From assembly GCA_013813355.1 (NCBI GenBank), contig JACCRT010000054.1:1-60793 (forward strand): a stretch of 60,793 nucleotides of DNA. The letters run 5' to 3'. Origin of the DNA: Acidobacteriota bacterium. GTDB taxonomy: Bacteria > Acidobacteriota > Vicinamibacteria > Vicinamibacterales > 2-12-FULL-66-21. The notes below the pieces were generated by a model, which searched no databases, had not been told where the DNA came from, and saw nothing but the letters and a program-made list of their open reading frames with translations. Made by a program: the position numbers and the translations under genes. Positions 37,900 through 47,541 of this stretch are shown one piece after another (the stretch's first letter is position 1; each line of letters starts with the position of its first letter).

Positions 37900-38793
37900 T
37901 TACCGAATCAGCGGCTTCATCTCGCCGCGATAGGTAATCGTCTCGCCTGGGGTCACGAAGACCTCGAACTCGACCGTCTCGTATCCTTCCGCACGCAGCT
38001 CGATGCGGTGCGGACCCGAATCGATGTTGAGTCGCTGGAAGACGCCGTTGAACTCGTTCACGGTGCCCACGTAGTAGCCGTCCACGTATACCTGGGCTTC
38101 CGACGGCTGCACGCGCAGGCGCAGGTTCCCGGTGCCCCCGCTCTGCCGGGTCGAGTAGCCGCCAGCCGAATAGCTCGGCGCGCCGTAGTAGCCCGGGCCG
38201 AACAGGAACGGGTCGTAGCCGAAGTGGCCGTATCCAAATCCGTAGCCCAGCCCGTATCCAAGCCCGTATCCGAAGCGCGAGCCGTAGCGCCAGTCGTAGT
38301 ACGTGTAGGGATTGTACGGATAGTAGATGATGCTCGTGCCAGGCGACGGCGGCGCATCGCGGCGGTCGATCGCACTCGCGAGCGGGGTACGCCCGTCACG
38401 CGGGCGGCTGTAGGTCGGCACCGCGTGGGACCCGGCATCCGACGGGCTCATGCGGGTACCCGCAGGCCGGGATTCGGAGCTGCCGCCGGCCGACGATGCG
38501 CTTCGCGGCACGGCGACGGGCCGCTGCGGCGCACGTTCGCGTGGGGCAGCCGAGCCGGTTCCAGCACCACCGGACCGCGACGGTGTGGCGGACCCTGACG
38601 AGGAACCCGCCGACGAGGCGGTTCCTGCCGATGAACTGCCCGAGCTCGAACCGCCCTCGCCACCGCGCGGTGAGGCGCTGCCCGTGGATGAGCCGGTCGT
38701 ATTCGGCCGTGAACCCGCCTGGCCAAATGCAGGGGCCTGGCTCAGAACGAAAACGGCGATCACGGCGCCGATGATGGACGAGTGACGGGTCAT
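37900..38793 (-). CDS. Secreted PEGA-domain protein with Gly/Ser- and Gly/Tyr-rich low-complexity regions
   Basis: Signal peptide, GYGLGYGLGYGFGYG repeats, C-terminal G.LRL.V.P.EAQVYVDG.YVG...G.HRIE...GY. Confidence 0.88.
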   Translation of the reverse strand: MTRHSSIIGAVIAVFVLSQAPAFGQAGSRPNTTGSSTGSASPRGGEGGSSSGSSSAGTASSAGSSSGSATPSRSGGAGTGSAAPRERAPQRPVAVPRSASSAGGSSESRPAGTRMSPSDAGSHAVPTYSRPRDGRTPLASAIDRRDAPPSPGTSIIYYPYNPYTYYDWRYGSRFGYGLGYGLGYGFGYGHFGYDPFLFGPGYYGAPSYSAGGYSTRQSGGTGNLRLRVQPSEAQVYVDGYYVGTVNEFNGVFQRLNIDSGPHRIELRAEGYETVEFEVFVTPGETITYRGEMKPLIR

Positions 38794-38858
38794 GGAATCT
38801 CCTCAGTTCAGGCTGTCGGCGGGCCAGCCCCGCCAGGCATCTTGACGCCATAGTGTCA

Positions 38859-38875
38859 AGCAACGGGCCTGCCAG
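38859..38875 (-). promoter_or_regulatory. Sigma54 (-24/-12) promoter of the PEGA gene
   Basis: Minus strand CTGGCAGGCCCGTTGCT (GG-N10-GC), about 65 nt upstream of the start codon. Confidence 0.65.
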
Positions 38876-39040
38876 CACGGCTGCTCGCAATTACCTAGCC
38901 GTACCGCATTCTACGCCCATCCCCAGCTGTTGTCTGTCACCTTTCGAGTGCAGGCCGTCCTATTCAGGGTGACGCGGATTCAGGGTGCGGCACGGTGCCG
39001 CCGCCGCCCCTTTGATAGACTCCATCAAGGTCCCACGACA

Positions 39041-39568
39041 ATGATTCACGCGACGACAGTGCTGGCGGTGCGCCACCGTGACCAGGCCGTGATGGCCAGC
39101 GACGGGCAGGTGACGTTCGGGAACACGATCATCAAGCAGTCGGCCCGCAAGATCCGGCGCCTCTACAACGAGCGCATCCTGGCAGGGTTCGCGGGTTCGG
39201 CTGCCGACTCCTTCGCGTTGTTCTCGCGATTCGAGGCGAAGCTCGAACAGTATCGGGGTAACCTCGAGCGCTCCGCGGTGGAACTCGCCAAGGACTGGCG
39301 GACTGATCGCATGCTCCGCAGGCTCGAGGCCATGCTCATCGTCATGGACGCCCGCGCGACGTACCTGTTGTCGGGTAACGGCGACCTGATTGAGCCCGAC
39401 GACGGGATTGTGGCGATTGGGTCCGGGGGCTCGTTCGCCATGGCGGCTGCCAAGGCGCTGGCGCGCAACACGGAACTCGACGCCCGGACGATCGCCGGTG
39501 AATCGATGGGCATTGCCGCCGACATCTGCATCTACACGAACAGCACGATTACCCTCGAAACGCTGTAA
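39041..39568 (+). CDS. hslV: ATP-dependent protease subunit HslV
   Basis: HATTVLAV (catalytic Thr), DGQVT.G, GFAGS.AD, WRTDR.LRRLEA and AIGSGG. Start ATG 39041. Confidence 0.97.
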   Translation: MIHATTVLAVRHRDQAVMASDGQVTFGNTIIKQSARKIRRLYNERILAGFAGSAADSFALFSRFEAKLEQYRGNLERSAVELAKDWRTDRMLRRLEAMLIVMDARATYLLSGNGDLIEPDDGIVAIGSGGSFAMAAAKALARNTELDARTIAGESMGIAADICIYTNSTITLETL

Positions 39569-39577
39569 GCGACAGGC

Positions 39578-40960
39578 ATGCCGATCTATCTGCCCGAAAC
39601 AACCGTCTCCACCACTGAAGCGCTGACGCCTCGTCAGATCGTCTCGGAACTCGACAAGCACGTCGTCGGGCAGGCGGCGGCGAAGCGCGCCGTGGCGATC
39701 GCGCTGCGCAACCGGACGCGGCGCCAGCGGCTTCCGGCCGACATTGCCGAGGAGATTGCGCCGAAGAACATCCTGATGATCGGGCCGACCGGCGTGGGCA
39801 AGACCGAGATCGCGCGTCGGCTCGCGCGGCTGGCCCATTCGCCGTTCATCAAGGTGGAAGCCTCCAAGTTCACCGAGGTGGGCTACGTCGGGCGCGACGT
39901 GGAGTCGATGGTGCGGGACCTGGTGGAGCTGGCCGTCGACATGGTCAAAGAGGAGCGGCTCGCGGAGGTGCGGGAGAAGGCGCGCCAGGCCGCCGAGGAG
40001 CGCGTGCTCGACCTGCTGTTGCCGCCGCTGCCACCGGCAGCGGACTACGACGAGCAGGCGGCGGGGATTCGCGAGCAGGCTCAGCGGACGCGCGAAAAAC
40101 TGCGCGAGCAGCTCCGCGACGGACGCCTCGACCACAAGCAGGTCGAGATCGAAGTCCGCGAGAAGAGCTTCCCGTCCTTTGAGATCATCGCCGGCTCTTC
40201 GGTGGAAGAGGTCGACATCAACATCAAGGACATGCTGCCCGGCATGTTCCAGGGACGGACGAAGAAGCGCCGCCTGCGGGTGCCGGAGGCCCTCGACGCC
40301 CTCGCGCAGGAAGAAGAACAGAAGCTCATCGACATGGAAACCATCGCCCGCGCGGCGGTGGACCGCGTCCAGCAGGCCGGCATCATTTTCGTCGACGAAA
40401 TCGACAAGGTGGCAGGGCGGGAGGGCGGCCAGGGCCCCGACGTCAGCCGCGAGGGCGTGCAGCGAGACATCCTCCCCATCGTCGAGGGCACGACCGTCAA
40501 CACGAAGTACGGGATGGTGAAGACCGACCACATCCTGTTCATTGCGGCAGGCGCCTTCCACGTCGCGAAGCCGTCGGACCTCATCCCCGAGCTGCAGGGA
40601 CGCTTTCCGATCCGGGTGGAACTCGAGGCGCTCGGCCGGGACGACTTCGTGCGGATCCTTACCGAGCCCAAGAGCGCGCTGATCAAGCAGTACACCGCGC
40701 TGCTCTCGACCGAAGGGGTGGCGCTCCGCTTCACAGATGAAGCGATTGCCCGGATCGCGGACTTCGCCGCGCTGGTCAATGAGCGGACCGAGAATATCGG
40801 CGCGCGCCGGCTGCATACCGTCATGGAGAAGCTGCTCGACCACGTGTCGTTCGAGGCGCCGGACATGCCGGAGAAAGACGTTCTCGTGGACGAGGACTAC
40901 GTCAACCGGATGCTCGCCGACATCGTGGCCAACGAAGATCTTTCGCGTTACGTCCTGTGA
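39578..40960 (+). CDS. hslU: ATP-dependent protease ATPase subunit HslU
   Basis: [41 protein letters not shown] and DLSRYVL. Confidence 0.98.
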   Translation: MPIYLPETTVSTTEALTPRQIVSELDKHVVGQAAAKRAVAIALRNRTRRQRLPADIAEEIAPKNILMIGPTGVGKTEIARRLARLAHSPFIKVEASKFTEVGYVGRDVESMVRDLVELAVDMVKEERLAEVREKARQAAEERVLDLLLPPLPPAADYDEQAAGIREQAQRTREKLREQLRDGRLDHKQVEIEVREKSFPSFEIIAGSSVEEVDINIKDMLPGMFQGRTKKRRLRVPEALDALAQEEEQKLIDMETIARAAVDRVQQAGIIFVDEIDKVAGREGGQGPDVSREGVQRDILPIVEGTTVNTKYGMVKTDHILFIAAGAFHVAKPSDLIPELQGRFPIRVELEALGRDDFVRILTEPKSALIKQYTALLSTEGVALRFTDEAIARIADFAALVNERTENIGARRLHTVMEKLLDHVSFEAPDMPEKDVLVDEDYVNRMLADIVANEDLSRYVL

Positions 40961-42144
40961 GCCAACGCGTTCTTGCATCGCTCCTGGTGGCTGCCGCGCT
41001 GACAGGCGCCATCGCCTGCGGGAAGAAGGGGCCCCCGCTGGCGCCGCTGCGACCGGTGCCTGACGTGCCGACCACGGTGACGGCCTCGCGTTTCGGGCCG
41101 GACGTGCACCTGCGCTTCGTCGTGCCCGCGCAGAACGTCGGCGTGGCCGGTCAGGTTGAGATCGATCGTGTCGAAATCTACGCGGCCAGCGTTGCGGCCG
41201 GGGCTCCCGCGCCTCCCAACCGCGAGTTCCTGACCCCGAAGTTCCTGGTGGGCACGGTTGACGTGCGTCCGCCTGATGCTCCCGGCAAACCATTGGTCGA
41301 TCCGGCGGTCGAAACCAGGCCCGCGCCCGGGGAGCCGGCGACGTTCGTCGAGCCGCTGACCACCGAGATGCTGAATCCACCCGTCGCTCCCCCGCCGGCA
41401 GGTGCGCCGATCGTGCCCGGCGCCGCGCCGGCACTGCCGCCAGCCGCCGCCACGCCGCCGGCCGCGTACGCCACGCGCATTTACTCCGTCCGCGGGGTGA
41501 CAAGCCGGGGCCGTCCGGGCAACCCGTCGCCGCGCATCACCGTGCCGCTGGTGGATCCGCCCCCTCCGCCGGCCGCGGTGACGGTTGATTTCACGGCGTC
41601 TGATTTCGTCGTGTCATGGATCCCGCCCGTCGCGGAGATGGACGGGGCCGCGCTGTTATTCAACCTGTACCGCGCCGAGGCGCCGAGCACGGCGCTGACG
41701 CCGGCACCGGTGGCGACCCCGACCGCCGACGTGCCGGGCGTGGAGTTCGGCACGGAACGCTGCTTTGCGGTGCGGTCGGTGCTGCGAGTCGCGGCGATTG
41801 CCGTCGAGAGCGAGGCATCCGCCCCGGTCTGCGTCACGCCCCGCGACGTGTTCCCGCCGGCCGCACCGACCGGCTTGACAGGGGTAGCGAGCCCGGGGGG
41901 CATTGCCATCATCTGGGATCCGAATGCGGAGGCGGACCTGGCCGGCTACCTGGTCTTGCGCGGCGAGGCGGCGGGTGACACACTGCAACTGCTCACGCCG
42001 GAGCCGATCCTCGAGACCTCGTATCGCGATACCACGGTCACCCCCGGCGTACGCTACGTTTACGTCGTCGTCGCGGTGGACCGCGCGACGCCGCCCAACA
42101 GGAGCGCGCACTCAACGCGCGTCGAGGTGACTGCGGCACAATGA
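40957..42144 (+). CDS. Lipoprotein with fibronectin type III-like domains
   Basis: [13 protein letters not shown] lipobox, [21 protein letters not shown] and Y.YVV.AVD. Confidence 0.8.
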   Translation: MSQRVLASLLVAAALTGAIACGKKGPPLAPLRPVPDVPTTVTASRFGPDVHLRFVVPAQNVGVAGQVEIDRVEIYAASVAAGAPAPPNREFLTPKFLVGTVDVRPPDAPGKPLVDPAVETRPAPGEPATFVEPLTTEMLNPPVAPPPAGAPIVPGAAPALPPAAATPPAAYATRIYSVRGVTSRGRPGNPSPRITVPLVDPPPPPAAVTVDFTASDFVVSWIPPVAEMDGAALLFNLYRAEAPSTALTPAPVATPTADVPGVEFGTERCFAVRSVLRVAAIAVESEASAPVCVTPRDVFPPAAPTGLTGVASPGGIAIIWDPNAEADLAGYLVLRGEAAGDTLQLLTPEPILETSYRDTTVTPGVRYVYVVVAVDRATPPNRSAHSTRVEVTAAQ

Positions 42145-42956
42145 AGCGCTATTACCGCATCGAGCACGACGGAGAACCACGGCACGTCCTCGAGCAGGAC
42201 GGCGTGTGGCGCCTCCTGGAGGGTGAGATCTTCGGCGCGCACCGAGCCGGCGAGACCATTGCGGCGGACGGCCACCGCGTGCTGCCGCCCGTGCTGCCCT
42301 CGAAGATCGTAGCGGTCGGCCTCAACTACAAGGATCACGCCGCGGAGCAGAACAAGCCGCTGCCGGCCGAGCCGATGATCTTCATCAAGCCATCCACGGC
42401 GGTCATCGGGCCGGGCGCGCCCATCGTGTTGCCCGGGCAGGCAGGTCGCGTGGACCACGAGGCCGAGGCCGGCGTGGTGATCGGCGTGCGCGCACGGCAC
42501 GTCAGCGAGTCCGAGGCGCACAAGTATATTTTCGGCGTCACCTGCGTGAACGACGTCACGGCGCGCGAACTGCAGGCAAGAGACATTCAGTACACCCGGG
42601 CAAAGGGCTTCGATAGCTTCGCGCCGATAGGTCCTTGCATCGCCAGCGGTTTGGACTACACGCGGGCCGAGGGGTTGGGTGTGGAAGGCTGGGTGAACGG
42701 CCAGCGCCGCCAGGCCTCCTCCACCCGTGAACTCATTTTTTCGATACACAGGCTGGTCGCGTTCATTTCGTCGGTGATGACCTTGCTGCCCGGTGACATC
42801 ATCTCCACGGGAACGCCGGCCGGCATCGGTCCGCTCGCCGCCGGCGACACGGTAACCATCAAGGTCGAGGGGGTCGGCGAGTTGACCAACACGGTGCAGG
42901 AACCCGAGACCACCTTCGCGCAGGCCTTCAGGCCTGCCATCCACGGGAGCCCATAG
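42141..42956 (+). CDS. Fumarylacetoacetate hydrolase family protein
   Basis: KIVAVGLNY.DH, DHEAE, NDVTAR, KGFDSFAPIGP and TL.PGDII.TGTP.G. Confidence 0.94.
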   Translation: MKRYYRIEHDGEPRHVLEQDGVWRLLEGEIFGAHRAGETIAADGHRVLPPVLPSKIVAVGLNYKDHAAEQNKPLPAEPMIFIKPSTAVIGPGAPIVLPGQAGRVDHEAEAGVVIGVRARHVSESEAHKYIFGVTCVNDVTARELQARDIQYTRAKGFDSFAPIGPCIASGLDYTRAEGLGVEGWVNGQRRQASSTRELIFSIHRLVAFISSVMTLLPGDIISTGTPAGIGPLAAGDTVTIKVEGVGELTNTVQEPETTFAQAFRPAIHGSP

Positions 42957-42958
42957 TA

Positions 42959-43606
42959 ATGAAGCTGTTCATCGATTCCGGAAACCTGAAAGAGATCGAG
43001 GCGCTGGTGCCGCTCGGTATCATCGACGGCATCACGACCAACCCGTCGCTGCTGGCGAAGGAGGGCGGCGACTACCGGGGCCTGCTCAAGCGCATCTGCC
43101 AGATCGTCAAGGGGCCGACCAGCGCCGAGGTGGTGGCGACCGACGCGGACGGCATGGTTCGCGAAGGCCGCGAGCTCGCCGCGATCGACGAGCACATCGT
43201 GGTCAAGGTGCCGTTCACGAAGGCCGGCGTGATCGCCTGCAAGACACTGGCGGAAGAAGGGAACAAGGTGAACGTCACATTGATCTTCTCGCCCACGCAG
43301 GCGTTAATCGCGGCAAAGGTCGGCGCGACGTACGTGAGCCCGTTTGTCGGCCGGCTCGACGACATCGCGACGTCGGGCATGAACCTCATTGCCGAGATCG
43401 TCGAGATTTTCGGCAATTACGAGTTCACGACCGAGGTGCTCGTGGCCTCCGTCCGCCACTCCATCCACATCGTCGAGGCCGCGCGGATGGGGGCGGACAT
43501 CTGTACCTGTCCGGCCGCGGTGATCGAGGGCATGTTCAAGCACCCGCTGACGGATATCGGGCTCGAGCGATTCCTGAAGGACTGGGAAAAGGCGGGCCTG
43601 CGATAA
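42959..43606 (+). CDS. tal: Small-type transaldolase (TalC/FSA family)
   Basis: G.TTNPSL and VVKVP Schiff-base Lys. SAEV and SPFVGR carry Glu/Phe as in transaldolases, not the Gln/Tyr of FSA. Confidence 0.9.
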   Translation: MKLFIDSGNLKEIEALVPLGIIDGITTNPSLLAKEGGDYRGLLKRICQIVKGPTSAEVVATDADGMVREGRELAAIDEHIVVKVPFTKAGVIACKTLAEEGNKVNVTLIFSPTQALIAAKVGATYVSPFVGRLDDIATSGMNLIAEIVEIFGNYEFTTEVLVASVRHSIHIVEAARMGADICTCPAAVIEGMFKHPLTDIGLERFLKDWEKAGLR

Positions 43607-43682
43607 TCGAGCCGGCCCGTGCCGCCACCCCTCCTCGGATCGCCGGGGTTCGTGGCGTCGGCCGACCACTCTGCACACCGCA

Positions 43683-45224
43683 ATGGACAAGCTCACGTAT
43701 CTCGAAGAACTCGAACGGCGGGCCGCGCTCGGCGGCGGGGAGGATCGCCTCAGGCGGCAGCACGAGGCGGGGAAGCTCACCGCGCGCGAGCGCATCGATT
43801 TGCTGTTCGACCCGGCCACCTTCCAGGAAGCGGACAAGCTCGTCACCCACCGCTGCCGTGACTTCGGGATGGAACAGCACGTCATCCCCGGCGACGGCGT
43901 CATTGCCGGGCATGGCCTGGTCGATGGCCGCCCCGTCTATGCGTTCGCGCAGGATTTCACCGTGTTCGGCGGCTCGCTCTCGGAAACCAACGCGGCGAAG
44001 ATCGTGAAAGTCATGGACCTCGCGATGAAGATGGGCGCGCCGGTCGTCGGACTGAACGACTCGGGAGGGGCGCGGATCCAGGAAGGTGTGCTCTCGCTCG
44101 GCGGCTACGCCGACATTTTTCTCCGGAACACGCTGGCGAGCGGTGTGATCCCGCAGATTTCGGCGATCATGGGACCTTGCGCCGGCGGCGCGGTGTACTC
44201 ACCGGCCATCACCGACTTCAACATCATGGTGGAGGGCACGAGCTACATGTTCGTGACCGGCCCGGACGTGATCAGGACCGTGACGCATGAAGAGGTGACA
44301 AAGGAGGAACTCGGCGGCGCCATGACGCACAACGCTACGAGCGGCGTCGCGCACTTCGCCGTCCCGGACGACCGCGAGTGCCTGCGGCTGATTCGTGACC
44401 TGCTGGGATATCTCCCCAGCAACAACGTGGACGACCCGCCGCGCCGCGAGACGGCCGATCCCATCGACCGGGAAGATGACGCTCTCGATCGCCTGGTGCC
44501 GGAATCCCCGAACCAGCCCTACGACATGCTGGACCTCGTCCACGCGGTGGCCGACGACGGCGTGTTTCTCGAGGTGCATCGCCATTACGCGCGCAACATC
44601 CTCGTCGGGTTCGCACGCCTCGGCAGCCGCCCGGTGGGCATCGTGGCGAACCAGCCCGCGCACCTGGCCGGGACGCTCGACATCGACGCCTCCGTGAAAG
44701 CGGCCCGGTTCGTGCGGTTCTGCGATGCGTTCAACATCCCGCTGGTCACATTCGAGGACGTTCCGGGGTTCCTCCCGGGGACACGTCAGGAGTACGGCGG
44801 CATCATCAGGCACGGGGCCAAGCTGCTGTTCGCCTTTGCGGAAGCCACCGTCCCGAAGCTGACCGTGATCACGCGCAAGGCGTACGGTGGGGCCTACTGC
44901 GTCATGTCGAGCAAGCACATTCGAACGGACGTCAACCTCGCGTGGCCGGCGGCCGAGATCGCGGTCATGGGGCCGGAAGGGGCGGTGAACATCCTTTACA
45001 AGCGGGAGATCGACGCCGCCGCCGACAAGGAAGCCGCCCGAGCGACGCGCGTGGCCGAGTTCAAGGAGAAGTTTGCGAACCCATACGTCGCGGCCTCACG
45101 TGGCTTTATCGATGAGGTGATCCGCCCCCGGCAGACTCGCGCAAAGCTCATTGCGGCGCTCGCAGGTCTGGAAACCAAGCGGGACAAGAATCCCCCGAAG
45201 AAGCACGGCAATATTCCCCTGTAG
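43683..45224 (+). CDS. pccB: Acyl-CoA (propionyl/methylmalonyl-CoA) carboxylase carboxyltransferase subunit
   Basis: [39 protein letters not shown] and KKHGNIPL. Confidence 0.93.
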   Translation: MDKLTYLEELERRAALGGGEDRLRRQHEAGKLTARERIDLLFDPATFQEADKLVTHRCRDFGMEQHVIPGDGVIAGHGLVDGRPVYAFAQDFTVFGGSLSETNAAKIVKVMDLAMKMGAPVVGLNDSGGARIQEGVLSLGGYADIFLRNTLASGVIPQISAIMGPCAGGAVYSPAITDFNIMVEGTSYMFVTGPDVIRTVTHEEVTKEELGGAMTHNATSGVAHFAVPDDRECLRLIRDLLGYLPSNNVDDPPRRETADPIDREDDALDRLVPESPNQPYDMLDLVHAVADDGVFLEVHRHYARNILVGFARLGSRPVGIVANQPAHLAGTLDIDASVKAARFVRFCDAFNIPLVTFEDVPGFLPGTRQEYGGIIRHGAKLLFAFAEATVPKLTVITRKAYGGAYCVMSSKHIRTDVNLAWPAAEIAVMGPEGAVNILYKREIDAAADKEAARATRVAEFKEKFANPYVAASRGFIDEVIRPRQTRAKLIAALAGLETKRDKNPPKKHGNIPL

Positions 45225-45344
45225 AGGCCGGGGCACCAGGGCGGCTGCCAGGGCCGCCACCGCCGCCCCTGCGAAGGGGCGCGAGTCGAGCCCTGGCGCT
45301 GGTACGGAACCTGCTGCGCCGTGCCATAATTTACGGAAATCGCT

Positions 45345-46862
45345 GTGAAAATTCTAGTTGCCAATCGCGGCGAGATCGCCGTCCGCGTAATCCGTGCGTG
45401 CCGCGAGATGGGCATTCCGACCGTCGCCGTGTATTCCGAGTGCGACCGGCAGGCCCGCCACGTGCGCGAGGCCGATCAGGCGTTTGCCATCGGCCCTGGC
45501 GAGGCGGCGAAGAGCTACCTGCGTATCGACGCCATCGTCGAGGTCGCCCGCCGGTCTGGCGCGACCGCCGTGCATCCTGGCTACGGATTTCTCGCCGAGA
45601 ACGCCCGCTTCGCTGCCGCGTGTCGTGACGCAGGCCTGACCTTCATCGGCCCTTCACCCGAGGCGATTTCCGCGATGGGCAGCAAGACGGCCGCGCGAAA
45701 AATCGCCCTTGAGGCCGGCGTGCCCGTCGTCCCCGGCACCGAGACGCCATTCGACGCGGAGGCGTCTGATGAAGAGATGCGCGCCGCCGCCGACCGCGTC
45801 GGCTATCCCCTCGTGGTCAAGGCCGTCGCCGGTGGCGGCGGCAAGGGCATGCGCGTCGTGGACGCGCCGGCGGCGTTGATCCCGGCCATCCACACCGCGC
45901 GGTCGGAGGCCGGATCGGCCTTCGGCGATAGCGCGGTGTACCTCGAGCGGCAGATCGTCAAGCCGCGCCACATCGAAATTCAGTTGCTGGGGGATGCCCA
46001 CGGCACCGTCATCCCCTTTGTCGAGCGCGAGTGCTCCATCCAGCGCCGGCATCAGAAGGTGGTCGAGGAGTCGCCCTCGCTGGCCGTAACGCCCGACCTG
46101 CGGCGCCGGATGGCGGCCTCCGCCGCGGCGGTCGCGCGCGCTGTCGGCTACACGAACGCCGGCACCATCGAGTTTCTGCTGGACGACGACGGGTCGTTTT
46201 ACTTCCTGGAGATGAACACCCGGCTGCAGGTCGAGCACCCCGTGACCGAGATGGTCACCAGCATCGACCTCGTGCACTGGCAGATCCGCATTGCGCGCGG
46301 CGAGCCGCTCGACATCGATCCCGAGCGCGCGCTGACACCGCACGGTCACGCAATCGAATGCCGCATCTATGCCGAGGATCCGGATCTCGGCTTCATGCCG
46401 TCGCCCGGGCTCATTCGCGGCATCCGGCCGGCCGCCGGGCCCGGCGTGCGTGACGACGGCGGAGTGAGCGAGGGGTATACGGTCCCGGTGTTCTACGATT
46501 CGATGATCGCGAAGCTCGTCGCGCGGGCGGCCGATCGTCCGGAGGCCATTGCCCGGATGGCGCGCGCGCTGGCGGAATACGAGGTGCTTGGCATCCGCAC
46601 GACGATCCCGTTCTTTCTGTGGCTGATGCGCCAGCCGGATTACATCGAAGGGCGTTACGACACGACGTACCTGGATCGCCTGCTGGCCAGCCGGGCGGGC
46701 GAGAGCTTCAACGAGCTGACGGAGGCCGACGAGGAACTGGCGGCCATGGCGACCGGCCTCGATGCATTCATGCGCGCACGCGCGGTCGCGGGAGGGGACG
46801 GTCCCGTTCGGCTCCAGGGCATGTGGAAACACGCGGCACGACGCGAGGCACTCAGCCCGTGA
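45345..46862 (+). CDS. Biotin carboxylase subunit
   Basis: KILVANRGEIAVR, HPGYGFLAEN, GGGGKGMR and EMNTRLQVEHPVTE. Confidence 0.95.
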   Translation: MKILVANRGEIAVRVIRACREMGIPTVAVYSECDRQARHVREADQAFAIGPGEAAKSYLRIDAIVEVARRSGATAVHPGYGFLAENARFAAACRDAGLTFIGPSPEAISAMGSKTAARKIALEAGVPVVPGTETPFDAEASDEEMRAAADRVGYPLVVKAVAGGGGKGMRVVDAPAALIPAIHTARSEAGSAFGDSAVYLERQIVKPRHIEIQLLGDAHGTVIPFVERECSIQRRHQKVVEESPSLAVTPDLRRRMAASAAAVARAVGYTNAGTIEFLLDDDGSFYFLEMNTRLQVEHPVTEMVTSIDLVHWQIRIARGEPLDIDPERALTPHGHAIECRIYAEDPDLGFMPSPGLIRGIRPAAGPGVRDDGGVSEGYTVPVFYDSMIAKLVARAADRPEAIARMARALAEYEVLGIRTTIPFFLWLMRQPDYIEGRYDTTYLDRLLASRAGESFNELTEADEELAAMATGLDAFMRARAVAGGDGPVRLQGMWKHAARREALSP

Positions 46863-47371
46863 CGTTCGAGATCGACGTCAACGGGCGCACGCGCACGGTC
46901 GCGGTCGAGCGGACAGCCGGCGGTCGCTACCGCGTTGTCGTGGACGGCCGGGCCCACGAGGTAGACGCCGAGCGCGTCGGGCTCTACGGCCTGTCGCTGC
47001 TCGTCGATGGCGCGAGCGGCGTGAGCCGGCACGTGTCGGTGGCGCCCGGCGGGGCGCCCGGCGAGGTGCTCGTTGGTCTCGAAGGGCGGACTGTCGCGGC
47101 GATGGTCAACGGGCGCCGGAGGGGTCGGGTGTCGGCCGACGCCATCGGGGCGCATGGCGAGGTGACGATCCCGGCGCCGATGCCCGGGCGGGTTCTGCGG
47201 GTCCTGGTCGCGCCCGGCGATGACGTCGCTGCACGTCAGGCGCTGCTGGTGGTCGAAGCGATGAAGATGGAGAACGAGATCCGGTCGCCCAAGGCGGGTC
47301 GCGTCAAGGACGTCAGCGTCACCCCAGGCATGTCCGTCGAGGCCGGCCGGGCGCTGGTCGTGATCGAGTAA
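46859..47371 (+). CDS. Biotin carboxyl carrier protein
   Basis: APMPG and VEAMKMENE biotinylation motif. GTG start overlaps the upstream TGA. Confidence 0.93.
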   Translation: MTFEIDVNGRTRTVAVERTAGGRYRVVVDGRAHEVDAERVGLYGLSLLVDGASGVSRHVSVAPGGAPGEVLVGLEGRTVAAMVNGRRRGRVSADAIGAHGEVTIPAPMPGRVLRVLVAPGDDVAARQALLVVEAMKMENEIRSPKAGRVKDVSVTPGMSVEAGRALVVIE

Positions 47372-47373
47372 TC

Positions 47374-47536
47374 GGGGTGCGGCAGGGTGCGACAGGGTGC
47401 GGCGGGACGTGGCAAGGCGCAGGGTGCGGCGCAGTGCACGGTGCTGAAAAGTGCCACAGACGCAATCGGGCGTACCCAGCCGCACCCTCTACCAGGCCGC
47501 ACGCAGTTCGCACCCAGCCGCACCCTCTCGCACCCT
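47374..47536. repeat. 163-bp element with inverted arms of 10-nt tandem units (AGGGTGCGRC / complement)
   Basis: Left arm GGGGTGCGGC AGGGTGCGAC AGGGTGCGGC...; right arm ...GCCGCACCCT CTCGCACCCT. Confidence 0.85.
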
Positions 47537-47541
47537 GAGTT

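Noticed and set aside
38225..38275. 12-nt tandem repeats as a DNA element
   Set aside because: They encode the GYG(L/F) repeats of the PEGA protein.
47374..47536. CRISPR array
   Set aside because: The units are 10 nt, contiguous and mirrored, with no spacers and no cas genes. The same applies to 15535-15696.
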